A DNA stretch of 63,460 nucleotides from Thermoplasmatota archaeon (GTDB lineage: Archaea > Thermoplasmatota > Poseidoniia > Poseidoniales > Thalassarchaeaceae): contig JAZAAK010000047.1 in the NCBI GenBank assembly GCA_036138175.1, positions 1 to 63,460 on the forward strand. Direction: 5' to 3'. The number at the start of each line of letters is the position of its first letter. The stretch's first letter is position 1. This document shows positions 27,170 to 35,968 of the stretch, piece after piece. The notes below the pieces were generated by a model. The model saw only the letters and a list, made by a program, of their open reading frames with translations, was not told the DNA's origin and made no database searches. Both the position numbers and the translations under genes were made by a program.

Positions 27170-28081
27170 GTGAGTCAAGTCGTGGAACGAATTGTCCCCT
27201 TCACTCCAACCCATGTGGATGATTGTGGAGAGAATTATGTCGTTATAGGAAGTCTTGGTGAATTAGCAAAACTGGATAATGAGGGTAAATTGATTGAAGA
27301 CTATTCTATTCCATTCCCCTCAACGATTACTCACTCAACTAACTTGGGGGATTTCTGGATTGGAATTTGGCTAGAAGCAGAAATGAGATTGGCAAGAATT
27401 TCTAGCCTAAATTTGTCTAATATATGGGAAAATGGCAATTCACGTGGTGAAATGAGGACTTCTTTGGACCCTATGTCTCTACACCCAAAAAACTCAGTTT
27501 GGTCTCACGCCCTTGACTCTGAACCGACATGTCTTACTGGCCTTGGTGATGACTTCTGCTTTGTCTTACGTGGTAAAGGCGTATATCGAATGGACAGGGA
27601 AGCAAATGAGGTATGGCGATCTAGCCTACCCAGCACCATCGATGGAAAATTGAGGGGGACTGAAACTGCAATTTCAATTTCACAATATGATGATTTTCTG
27701 AGCATTTGGTATGATAATGGATTGGTAGTAGATATTTCAGCGGATTCTGGTGTTGAAATCGATAGGAGAAGCTTACAAATCTCAGATAGAATAGAAAGAG
27801 TATTTCATTCAGGTGATTTGCACATGCTGGCTTTATCAGAAGGAGGATTTCTAATTTCAAATAGAGAGAATATTTTGCAGTCTCATATAACCCCTGGCCC
27901 ATTATTTGCTGCAAGAAATAGAAATGGCAAATGGGAGTTTACGGGTTGGAGATTCGATGGTCGGTTAAGCAATTCAAACCTAGAGATTTCACCTAGAAAT
28001 CAACTAGGCGTTGGCTTTGTTGCAGATAAGGTCTTGACAAATGATGGTACATTGAGTGATTTTACGATTACTCGTTCTTAA
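27170..28081 (+). CDS. hypothetical protein, possibly a beta-propeller-like repeat protein
   Basis: Long ORF with no recognisable motif. GGTGA at 27169-27173 would better serve the GTG at 27182. The 3' end overlaps convergent rps27ae by 14 nt. Confidence 0.45.
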   Translation: MSQVVERIVPFTPTHVDDCGENYVVIGSLGELAKLDNEGKLIEDYSIPFPSTITHSTNLGDFWIGIWLEAEMRLARISSLNLSNIWENGNSRGEMRTSLDPMSLHPKNSVWSHALDSEPTCLTGLGDDFCFVLRGKGVYRMDREANEVWRSSLPSTIDGKLRGTETAISISQYDDFLSIWYDNGLVVDISADSGVEIDRRSLQISDRIERVFHSGDLHMLALSEGGFLISNRENILQSHITPGPLFAARNRNGKWEFTGWRFDGRLSNSNLEISPRNQLGVGFVADKVLTNDGTLSDFTITRS

Positions 28082-28235
28082 CTGTATGGCCACACTTTCC
28101 ACAGGTTTTGCGATCAGAGTGTTGGCCTAGGAAAACACCGGGTCCACAGGTTGGACAGGTTTCTGCCCTTACTAACTCGTCACCTTCGATTGTGTATTTC
28201 GACCATTTCGCGTTTGCGTTTGGGCTATCGGACAT
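28068..28235 (-). CDS. rps27ae: 30S ribosomal protein S27ae (eS31), 55 aa; absent from the ORF track
   Basis: My hand translation: MSDSPNANAKWSKYTIEGDELVRAETCPTCGPGVFLGQHSDRKTCGKCGHTVKNE. It carries the CPxCG...H.DR..CGKCG zinc ribbon typical of S27ae. Its ATG overlaps the rps24e TGA by 1 nt (TGATG). Confidence 0.85.
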   Translation of the reverse strand: MSDSPNANAKWSKYTIEGDELVRAETCPTCGPGVFLGQHSDRKTCGKCGHTVKNE

Positions 28236-28612
28236 CACTCATCGCCTCCCTCTTCTGAATCCGCCTCTACTTCATCCTCAGAGGACTCTTCAGCAACAGG
28301 TTCTGGAGCAGCTGGCTCTTCTGAATCACCTGGTGAGTGTATCGCATTGTGGCGGTTATGAACAAAATCCGGCTCTACTGTTGCTGATTCAGCATCACCA
28401 TAAATGACGGCGATTCCAGTAGTCTGTGGGCGGCCAAAACGGGTGTTAACATTCTTGACGAAAGTCAATTCTTTCTTTGAGCCAGGTTCAGCCTTTGCAG
28501 CAGCTGCAACCATGTCAGAAAGTGTAGGTGTTGCCCCTTTGGAGTGATCCCAGCGGAAACTAATCTCTACTCTGTTAAGTAATGGATTTTCTTTTCTCCC
28601 AATAATTTCCAT
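28235..28612 (-). CDS. rps24e: 30S ribosomal protein S24e with acidic C-terminal extension
   Basis: MEIIGRKENPLLNRVEISF...ATPT...FGRPQTTGIAVIYGD matches S24e. AAGGTGG lies 8 nt upstream of the ATG at 28612. The ORF-track start at 28624 is a GTG sitting inside that SD. Confidence 0.9.
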   Translation of the reverse strand: MEIIGRKENPLLNRVEISFRWDHSKGATPTLSDMVAAAAKAEPGSKKELTFVKNVNTRFGRPQTTGIAVIYGDAESATVEPDFVHNRHNAIHSPGDSEEPAAPEPVAEESSEDEVEADSEEGGDE

Positions 28613-28625
28613 ATTCATTTCCACC

Positions 28626-28841
28626 TTATCGTATGTTTACCTTCAAAGCGTACGAACCCGGATCATTAACGTTCAATCTCTGAGCCACTTCGGAGCGCTT
28701 AGGGTGCATAATGACAACATAACCAGACCAGTCTGTGGTTACAGGCGCGGATGGGCAATGCATGCATTGTGGCGGGTCACTTTTCTTCTCAGGATCTGGA
28801 AGAATTCTGTTACACTCTCCACAAGCGAAGGATTTGGCCAT
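28626..28841 (-). CDS. spt4: transcription elongation factor Spt4 (RpoE'')
   Basis: Zinc ribbon CGEC...CMHC, then WSGYVVIMHPKRSEVAQRL...GSYALKV. GGTGA lies 5 nt upstream of the ATG. Confidence 0.85.
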   Translation of the reverse strand: MAKSFACGECNRILPDPEKKSDPPQCMHCPSAPVTTDWSGYVVIMHPKRSEVAQRLNVNDPGSYALKVNIR

Positions 28842-28843
28842 TC

Positions 28844-29392
28844 TCAGTCACCTCTGGTTAACCAATCGTGAGCACCAAGGCCTGCCATCTTACAGTTCAG
28901 ACCAATCTTACTCGACCTTGGGTCATTTTGGTTAATCGCCTTTGAAACGATTCGGGAGCGAACATACGAACCCTCTTCGATATGTTTGCCAGATTGAGAA
29001 CCTTCGATTCTTCTTATGCCCATATTTATTTGAACGGGTTCATCAAGAATCTGTGACTTGTGTAGCAGTGCCTCAATTGGCCCAATGCGAACGAATGCAC
29101 CGTATTCGGAAACCTCGGAAACTGCCCCATCTACTACCTCGTTTGCATCAATTGTGAAATGTAGCGCCTTGAAGCGTACTCTCTGATAAATTGCACCATC
29201 GCCGTGAATTATCTTTCCACGACCTACGGTTTCGTGGTCATAGGTTAGCAGAGTGTAGTTTTCGTCTTCATCAAATCGGCCCTCAAAAGCTGCATGGGCC
29301 AAATCGTCAATATGGTCTTCCAACTTGCGTCCCTTTCGGATATATTCCGCCGGGATTCTGATGGTATCCTCCATTGTTACTAGGCTGTACAT
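28844..29392 (-). CDS. rpoE: DNA-directed RNA polymerase subunit E' (Rpo7), S1 domain
   Basis: MYSLVTMEDTIRIPAEY N-terminus and a C-terminal S1-like fold (GAVSEVSEYGAFVRIGPIEALLH). GGAGG lies 8 nt upstream of the ATG. First gene of a conserved archaeal operon. Confidence 0.9.
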   Translation of the reverse strand: MYSLVTMEDTIRIPAEYIRKGRKLEDHIDDLAHAAFEGRFDEDENYTLLTYDHETVGRGKIIHGDGAIYQRVRFKALHFTIDANEVVDGAVSEVSEYGAFVRIGPIEALLHKSQILDEPVQINMGIRRIEGSQSGKHIEEGSYVRSRIVSKAINQNDPRSSKIGLNCKMAGLGAHDWLTRGD

Positions 29393-29404
29393 TCGGTTTC
29401 CTCC

Positions 29405-29530
29405 AATCGCCGGACCGCTCCGAGTTCAGTCGGAGGAAAGGCAGGTTAACCCTCCCGTCCCTCATCGGCTGTGCCTCCAGAGGAGAGGTCCGTGCGATTC
29501 GCCGACCTAAGACCCTCCTATAAGCGCAAC
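29405..29530. other. GC-rich structured element (candidate long 5' leader of the rpoE' operon, or an independent small RNA)
   Basis: About 62% G+C by my hand count over 29411-29530, versus about 38% over 29531-29580. Consecutive stems: CTCCGA-gttcag-TCGGAG (29418-29435); GGAGG (29432-36) with CCTCC (29451-55 or 29474-78); AGGAG(A)GGTC/GACCCTCCT (29481-29519). No ORF. Confidence 0.35.
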
Positions 29531-29578
29531 GGATGAGATTGTGTAATAGAAATACTCTCGGCGATAGGTAAATTATCC

Positions 29579-29595
29579 TCAGACCGTAGGTCTGA
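29579..29595 (+). promoter_or_regulatory. perfect 7-bp hairpin UCAGACC-GUA-GGUCUGA upstream of the 1892-aa gene
   Basis: tcagacc gta ggtctga on the sense (+) strand, 60 nt upstream of the ATG at 29656. It follows directly after an AT-rich GTAAATTAT stretch. Confidence 0.5.
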
Positions 29596-29655
29596 ATGAG
29601 AGTTTACCCCTAACCTTCAAGTGGCTCGGAAAGCGCAAGTTCGATTCTGGTGAGC

Positions 29656-32600
29656 ATGCAGAGTCCGAGTTTCGAACCCTCAAGGGAGCAGAAAGCGTTC
29701 CTCGCAGTAGTCTGTTTGTTACTACTTTCGCTATCTCCTATGCTCATGATTAATCCAAATCATGACCGAAAATTGGACGATTTAGAGAATGATTCCTCAT
29801 TCACAGGAACTGTAGAGCCTTGGATAGATGGGGGGCAGCCTTGGCCGCAACCTGGAAGAATATCTCAAAGAACATCCGAAGGGCCTCTCCATTCCCCAAC
29901 CGGCGGAGCAGGGACTGATTCGCCGAGCAATGCTACGGAATTGTCCTCTATTGTCGACCCAGTGATCAATTGGGAATATGGCACCTATTCGATAGGCACG
30001 GACGCACTCGGAACCCCAGTTGGAGATTTTAGTCAACAAATTGTTACTGATGAGGCAGCCATAGAAAGGTGTGGAGAAGATTCTCTATTCATTGTACTAA
30101 TCCAAACAGAAGTAGTCGGAGGTAACGATCACAGTGTTGTGAAAATTATCGAAGGTGAAGATGCTGATTTGGCTTGGGAGGTAGATTTGGGAGCCACCGA
30201 GATAATCAAGGCTTCACCAGTTATTGTAGACCTTGATGATGATGGGATGCAAGAAGTCATAATTGTCTACGACGCAGGTAGTGCTCTGTATGTTGATGCT
30301 TACTCTCCTAGACTTCATTGCTCAGTAACAGGTTGGTCGCCGGGGGGCTCAAAAAGCGGAGAGTTGCTTTGGAGTTATACTGACGATAACCTGCAGATAG
30401 GAAGTACAAATGGACCCTATACCTCTTCTTGGTTAGGTGGGCATAGACCCACAACTCAACCCTTGCTCGCTGATCTTGATTTGAACGGAGACGCTGAATT
30501 GGTCCTTGCGGTTATCGACGATAACGAAAACCCCGTAGTCTTAGCACTGCCTCTTGGAGCAAATGGAGTGCCTACCCCAATATGGCAATCTACGTTAGAG
30601 GATGGAAGCCACCCCTCTGATCCATCATTTGCTCAAGTTGATGATCAAACTGCCTATGTTTTACTCACAACCACTGAAGCTTCTAGTGGAGCGATGTGGG
30701 TTTGGAAATTAAATTCTGTATCAGGGGACCAACTATGGTCTCTTAGCCTGTCAAATTTAGATGGTGATTCTGATGTACCTCATATAAGACTGCCAGGGCC
30801 GGTAATTGCTAACTTAGATTCTGATTCCACACCTGAAATGATAATTTCAATACCAACCGATGCAGATGGTTCAAGCAGTGTCGATGGTGCAGAATTTAGA
30901 GGACTAGAGATTGATGATGGCTCTGAAATTTGGTCATTTGAGGCTGTAAATGGATACGCTGATGCCCCACCAATTGCAATAGATACAGACGATGATAGTG
31001 TCATCGATAGAGTTTGCTGGGTAACTTGGTATCAGGAGACTACTGCAAGGCATGGGCATGCAGGATGCCACGATGTATCAGGGAATAATCCTCAAATTGA
31101 ATGGTACAATGACTTAGAGCAATCTAGCGGCTCCCCTAATGACGAAATTGCTGTTGCACAACCAGTCTGGATGGATATTGATGGTAGTGGCGCGCCGGAA
31201 TTGTTAGTGGCATATGGAAGAACTCTTTGGGCTTGGGATGGAGATACTGGGACTCAAGCCGCAATTAACGATAATTGGAACAATGAGGTTGAAGTTGACC
31301 ACAGAACTTGGTCATCTCCAGCCTTAGCAGATCTTGATGGAGATGCAACTTTGGATATAGTTCTGGGTGATACAGTAATCTCTACGGCTCTTGCCGACGT
31401 TAGGCCATTACTAGATGGGCGTGCAATAGAATTCAATCCAAGTGCACCTAATCCTAATGAAGAAGTTACAATTACAGCCTTCTTTGAAAATTCTGGAACC
31501 ATAGAAATTGATGAGCCTGTAGACGCAGTCCTATACGCTGATGGAATAGAGATAGCACGCCATCGTGCTAGCAGCTTAGAACCGACTGACCCCACTGGTT
31601 CAGCAGGGTTCGAATCCTTCTCTGTCGAGTGGTCAGGTGGACTTGGAGAATATAATTTCGAATTGGTACTCGACCCATACCAAAATGTAACTCAATCTCG
31701 TTATGACAATGATGCACAATCGACCACTTTGACGATTGTGCCACCTTACAATGCTACATTTGAGATGCCTACGAATCCCGTAAGAGTTAATCCGGGAGAA
31801 TCAACCATTGGTCAACCAACCGTTCGCTCAACTGGCCGTCTAGCCGGTGTTTGGAGTATGAACGTCGACGCTAGTAATTTGCCACAAGGCTGGACCTGGA
31901 GTGATGAAACACCAGGAGGAATTACGTCAATTCAAATTTCTGCAGATGGAACTTGGACTCCCTCTCTTAGGATTAACGCACCAATAAATGCAGATGGTTC
32001 TGATGCAGGATATCTCTCGCTAACTCTTACCCTAGACGAAGATCAGAATGTTAGCGTTAGCGGAGTTTTACCAGTCGAGGCAAACCGCACACGTGGATTG
32101 TCAATTAGAGGACCGGCGGGGACTACCGCTAGTAGCGGCTATGGTCTCATTGGCGATTCTGCTAAAGCATGGTTAATAGTAGAAAATCTCGGGAATGCTG
32201 ATGAAAATTCAATCTCAATGTTCTGGGATAGTACATCTTGGGATTCTGCTGAAAATAGCTTAACCCTATACGATGAAACTGGAAATGAAATACCCGCATT
32301 AACTCTGTCTGCTGGAGAAGAAAAAATCATCTCTGCGAGACTAATTGTACCAACAGATGCATCGCTAGGAGATAGCGTTACTACCCCGCTCACCATGTGC
32401 GTTGGGAGCGGAGAGGAGGAAACCTGTCAAACCATGCAATTACAATTCACCGCTGCGAGTGTTGTAACCGAAACCAACCACCAAAGGAGCATGCCTGAGA
32501 ATACATTGCATTGGAATGTTATAGCAGACCTTCCAGCCTCTTCTGGAGTTTTAGATTGGAAAATTACTGACGCTGGAATGGGAATTGAAGATTGGATTTG

Positions 32601-35328
32601 GTCGGGTTCGGGTTCATTATCGATAAGTGGAGATGATATAACGATGCAAGGAATTCCTGGTTCAAGAGTAAGTGGCATATTATCTGTAGAACTTCCTATC
32701 GACGCTCCTCCTGCTTTCCATTCATTCACAGATTCTAGTAGCCTTGGTTCTGATTATTCACTTAGATTATCGGTTGAGGTCATGCAAATTTACAGGACTT
32801 CTCTTACATTGGTATCACCTACCGAATCGCCTCATTTCGTAGAAGTAGAGGAATCTATATCGGCAACGGTTCGATTGTATAATCCCGGAAATGGTGAAGA
32901 CACCTACGTCATGTCCCACGCAGTAATATTGGATGACTATCTTACAGAGGACCCTGGAATATCTGTAACCTTCAGTAACTCAAGAGTGTCTCTAAGTGCG
33001 GGTAGTTTGAGGACCCTTCCGATTGAGATAATATTACCAGATACAACCCCTGCAAGAACCCCGGTTAGTATTGAGTTATTCATGACCTCTGAAGGAAATA
33101 CGACAATATCAGATTCGGTTATTCTGACGCTTGAAGCTAGACAAGATCATCGTTGGAATGTAGTACTTTATTCAGCACTTGGTGATGTCGAAGACAATAC
33201 ATTCGCGATTAGCCCCGGGGATTCCTTTGCCGTGGAAATTTTTGCAACAAACATTGGAAATCTTGACGACGACCTTTCCGTATCGGCTTTAGGTCTGCTC
33301 AATCAACAGGGTACCGATTCAGTAAGTGATTGGAACATATTTGGAGATAATGTATCATCGGTTCCGGTAAACAGTTCCACTACACTATATTTGGTAGTGG
33401 AAGTACCTCTTGGTGCTTGGAATGGAACAACCTACCAAGTTAGTGCTTCAATAGTAGCATTTGATGTCGAAATTCACACCTTTACATTCACAATAGAAGT
33501 TTCCCATGTAGCAGGTTGGAATGCCATAGCATCTAATGCGGACTTGGAGATTGACCCGTCTGGGTCTACGGTTTCACTAACTGTTGTTCAGGAAGGAAAT
33601 TCGCCAACTCGCCCATACGTAAGCATACAGGTGGACGGAGAAATTGGATGGGAGGTTGATACACCAGATGGATTACCAATCTTAGACCCAGGAAGCACCG
33701 CAACTCTAGATTTACAAATCACGCCACCCTCTACTGCTAGGCATGGAAGAACCGTTGAATTATTGGTTAGATTAAGGGAAGGAGATGGTAGTAGTGAGGC
33801 TACTATTACATTGCCACTTAGAGTTGCTGAGATTCATGAATTCAGCCTTCAAGGTAGTCGGAATTGGATTGTCTCAGACAGTGGAGGGTATCCCCATGCA
33901 GAATTACATAATCAGGGTAATGCGCCAACAACAATTTCACTTGAGGTACTTAGCCTACCTCAAGGTTGGCAAGTTTCAGGACCTACCCAGGTGGTTATTG
34001 GAGTGGGGGAAATCACAGGAGTTCCATTAGAGGTAATTCCATCCTCAGATTGGGAGGGGGAATCCAGAACCATCAGAATCTTGGCACAAGATGAAGCAGG
34101 TAATCAAAGGGAAATTTCTCTCGATACTCAATACGAAGATCATTCATGGGCATCTTCACCTGTGATTGTATCGATGCAAGGAGATAGTGTTCTGCTAGAC
34201 ATACACGGAACTTCACCTGATTCCTTGGTTGTTGATGATGTTCAGTCAAATCTAAAATGGGACTTGCAAGGTGGTTGGGTGTGGCAAGCCAACACAGCAT
34301 CTAGTGGCACTCAAGTTACTGTGGATTCGGACACAGTCTTACCATACACAGCATATGTGATCGAACCTGCGCTTAGGTATGCTACCTGCTCGATAACAGG
34401 ATCTGTAGGCTCAGTGAGGGCAGAATGTACAGTTGCCAATGGAACCCAACCATTCAGCTATACTGTAATCCTAATCGACGATGAAGGAAAAATGTTAGAC
34501 TCAACTGAAGGAAATTTGGATGCTAACAGAACTTCCGGTCAAGTTAACCTAAGTGCTAATTCATGGAATCCCCAGCCGGGAATGAGGAGTCTGGTTATTC
34601 GGTTATTAGATGAAAGAGGAATTGTTATTGCATCTGATGAGACTGAATTTGAAATTCGTCGAAATGATTGGAATGTTGGTTTGGTTGCTCTTGAACTTGA
34701 TGGGCAAGGTGATACTCAAAAAATCAAGGTATTGACAAAGAGAGAGTATCACCACCTACTGACTGATGCAGATTGTAGCATTTTAGTAATCGCAGGCAGC
34801 CATACAGCCACCCATGAAATCGATTTCTCAGGAACTTATCCTCCAGAACCAAAGTTGGACCGCCCATCTTTGGATGATGCACCAGATGGTACGGAAATCA
34901 TTGTGACGGTGCAATGCAAATTCCCTTGGGATGTAGATTCCGATCCAACCGACAATGAAGCAAAATTGATTCTTTCTGGCGGTTCTGTAAATAATGATTC
35001 AGGGTTTGAATGGTTTACGGCAATTGGCTCGGCCATTCTTGTAATATCATTGGCACTTACTCTGACATGGATCCTTTACAATCAACGAGAAAGGAAGAAA
35101 TTATTGGATATGACTGAGTCCATCCTTAGTAAGAAAAAGCAGGATACTAAGCTTCCAAAACCACCTGTGCCCTCTGAGAATTTGGTCGAAGAAAATATTC
35201 AAGAAAATACAATAATTGAAAATGAGGAGAATATCAGTAACCGAATTGTAGAGGATACTCCAGAAGTCGTTGAACGACAATTAGACGACTTTGAGAGCAG
35301 GTTGAAGCGTTTGACCGGCGACGACTAA
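29656..35328 (+). CDS. giant surface protein, about 1890 aa: signal/anchor, FG-GAP (integrin-alpha-like) propeller, CARDB/Ig-like domains, C-terminal TM and charged tail
   Basis: FG-GAP-like units VDLDDDGMQEVIIVYD, ADLDLNGDAELVLAV, ANLDSDSTPEMIISI, MDIDGSGAPELLVAY, ADLDGDATLDIVLGD. A CARDB-like segment (NPNEEVTITAFFENSGT...YNFELVLDPYQNVTQSRYDNDA). TM AIGSAILVISLALTLTWILY, then a Lys/Glu-rich tail. The ORF track starts at GTG 29650; the ATG is at 29656. Confidence 0.8.
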   Translation: MQSPSFEPSREQKAFLAVVCLLLLSLSPMLMINPNHDRKLDDLENDSSFTGTVEPWIDGGQPWPQPGRISQRTSEGPLHSPTGGAGTDSPSNATELSSIVDPVINWEYGTYSIGTDALGTPVGDFSQQIVTDEAAIERCGEDSLFIVLIQTEVVGGNDHSVVKIIEGEDADLAWEVDLGATEIIKASPVIVDLDDDGMQEVIIVYDAGSALYVDAYSPRLHCSVTGWSPGGSKSGELLWSYTDDNLQIGSTNGPYTSSWLGGHRPTTQPLLADLDLNGDAELVLAVIDDNENPVVLALPLGANGVPTPIWQSTLEDGSHPSDPSFAQVDDQTAYVLLTTTEASSGAMWVWKLNSVSGDQLWSLSLSNLDGDSDVPHIRLPGPVIANLDSDSTPEMIISIPTDADGSSSVDGAEFRGLEIDDGSEIWSFEAVNGYADAPPIAIDTDDDSVIDRVCWVTWYQETTARHGHAGCHDVSGNNPQIEWYNDLEQSSGSPNDEIAVAQPVWMDIDGSGAPELLVAYGRTLWAWDGDTGTQAAINDNWNNEVEVDHRTWSSPALADLDGDATLDIVLGDTVISTALADVRPLLDGRAIEFNPSAPNPNEEVTITAFFENSGTIEIDEPVDAVLYADGIEIARHRASSLEPTDPTGSAGFESFSVEWSGGLGEYNFELVLDPYQNVTQSRYDNDAQSTTLTIVPPYNATFEMPTNPVRVNPGESTIGQPTVRSTGRLAGVWSMNVDASNLPQGWTWSDETPGGITSIQISADGTWTPSLRINAPINADGSDAGYLSLTLTLDEDQNVSVSGVLPVEANRTRGLSIRGPAGTTASSGYGLIGDSAKAWLIVENLGNADENSISMFWDSTSWDSAENSLTLYDETGNEIPALTLSAGEEKIISARLIVPTDASLGDSVTTPLTMCVGSGEEETCQTMQLQFTAASVVTETNHQRSMPENTLHWNVIADLPASSGVLDWKITDAGMGIEDWIWSGSGSLSISGDDITMQGIPGSRVSGILSVELPIDAPPAFHSFTDSSSLGSDYSLRLSVEVMQIYRTSLTLVSPTESPHFVEVEESISATVRLYNPGNGEDTYVMSHAVILDDYLTEDPGISVTFSNSRVSLSAGSLRTLPIEIILPDTTPARTPVSIELFMTSEGNTTISDSVILTLEARQDHRWNVVLYSALGDVEDNTFAISPGDSFAVEIFATNIGNLDDDLSVSALGLLNQQGTDSVSDWNIFGDNVSSVPVNSSTTLYLVVEVPLGAWNGTTYQVSASIVAFDVEIHTFTFTIEVSHVAGWNAIASNADLEIDPSGSTVSLTVVQEGNSPTRPYVSIQVDGEIGWEVDTPDGLPILDPGSTATLDLQITPPSTARHGRTVELLVRLREGDGSSEATITLPLRVAEIHEFSLQGSRNWIVSDSGGYPHAELHNQGNAPTTISLEVLSLPQGWQVSGPTQVVIGVGEITGVPLEVIPSSDWEGESRTIRILAQDEAGNQREISLDTQYEDHSWASSPVIVSMQGDSVLLDIHGTSPDSLVVDDVQSNLKWDLQGGWVWQANTASSGTQVTVDSDTVLPYTAYVIEPALRYATCSITGSVGSVRAECTVANGTQPFSYTVILIDDEGKMLDSTEGNLDANRTSGQVNLSANSWNPQPGMRSLVIRLLDERGIVIASDETEFEIRRNDWNVGLVALELDGQGDTQKIKVLTKREYHHLLTDADCSILVIAGSHTATHEIDFSGTYPPEPKLDRPSLDDAPDGTEIIVTVQCKFPWDVDSDPTDNEAKLILSGGSVNNDSGFEWFTAIGSAILVISLALTLTWILYNQRERKKLLDMTESILSKKKQDTKLPKPPVPSENLVEENIQENTIIENEENISNRIVEDTPEVVERQLDDFESRLKRLTGDD

Positions 35329-35342
35329 ACACAGGTGTTAGA

Positions 35343-35966
35343 ATGAACCGCTACATCCCTCCTAGTCCATTCTATACTTTCGAGCCTTTACGGTATGACC
35401 CGCTAGAATTGATTCCGTCAATTCAATCCTCACAAGGAGGAGACCATACAGAAATAAAATCGTTAGAAGTGATTCCCTCATCAATTCTTGAATTAGAGGA
35501 GGGAGAAAATCCAATCATGGATCCTGCAATGATGCTATTCCTGTGTTCAGTCGCTTGGAAAGGTGACGGCGGGATGCCGGAACCACTAGACAGAGGAGTT
35601 AGTAGAGAAAGGATTGGAAGATTCCCGATTGAAGGAGGTAATGCGATAGAATATCTACTAAATCATACAATTGAAAAGAGTGATAATGGCCTTCATGAAT
35701 TACTTGCAAAACTAACTCTTGGCCTAGATGAAGAATTTCTTGGAGAAGGAGGATTTTCTTCTGGCATGGGCGGTTTAGAATTATGCGGCTGGCTTGATTC
35801 AAGAGATGTGACTAATCTCCGTCGAGCAATCCAAAAAGGCAAATGGGCAGTTGACCCAAGCGAACCGTTAGACGGTGGAGTTGCCGATGCTTTTCGACAT
35901 CTAACTATCATTTTACGCGGCGCAGAAAAAAGAAAGTGCGGTATTCTGATGAGGAGACATTCCTAA
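35343..35966 (+). CDS. hypothetical cytosolic protein, probably co-transcribed with the 1892-aa gene
   Basis: ATG 14 nt after the giant gene's stop. No TM helix and no recognisable motif. Confidence 0.5.
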   Translation: MNRYIPPSPFYTFEPLRYDPLELIPSIQSSQGGDHTEIKSLEVIPSSILELEEGENPIMDPAMMLFLCSVAWKGDGGMPEPLDRGVSRERIGRFPIEGGNAIEYLLNHTIEKSDNGLHELLAKLTLGLDEEFLGEGGFSSGMGGLELCGWLDSRDVTNLRRAIQKGKWAVDPSEPLDGGVADAFRHLTIILRGAEKRKCGILMRRHS

Positions 35967-35968
35967 AA

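Noticed and set aside
26107-27214. ORF-track N-terminal extensions of proline dehydrogenase (to 26202) and dtdA (to 27214); similar extensions at 132, 6918, 10902, 41325 and 60699
   Set aside because: The extensions overlap upstream genes or add Cys/Trp-rich sequence that looks non-protein. Internal ATGs with GGTGA/GGAGG contexts, or alignment to the known N-termini of family members, give more plausible starts.
29393-29649. SRP (7S) RNA or RNase P RNA in the rpoE'/giant-gene spacer (GGAGGAAAGGCAGG resembles GAGGAAAGUCC; TGTAAT resembles the Alu-domain UGUAAU)
   Set aside because: No GGAA/AGCA helix-8 motif and no matching P4 3' strand. The GGAGG pairs locally with nearby CCTCC segments. The similarity is limited to a few nucleotides, so I kept it only as an unclassified structured element.
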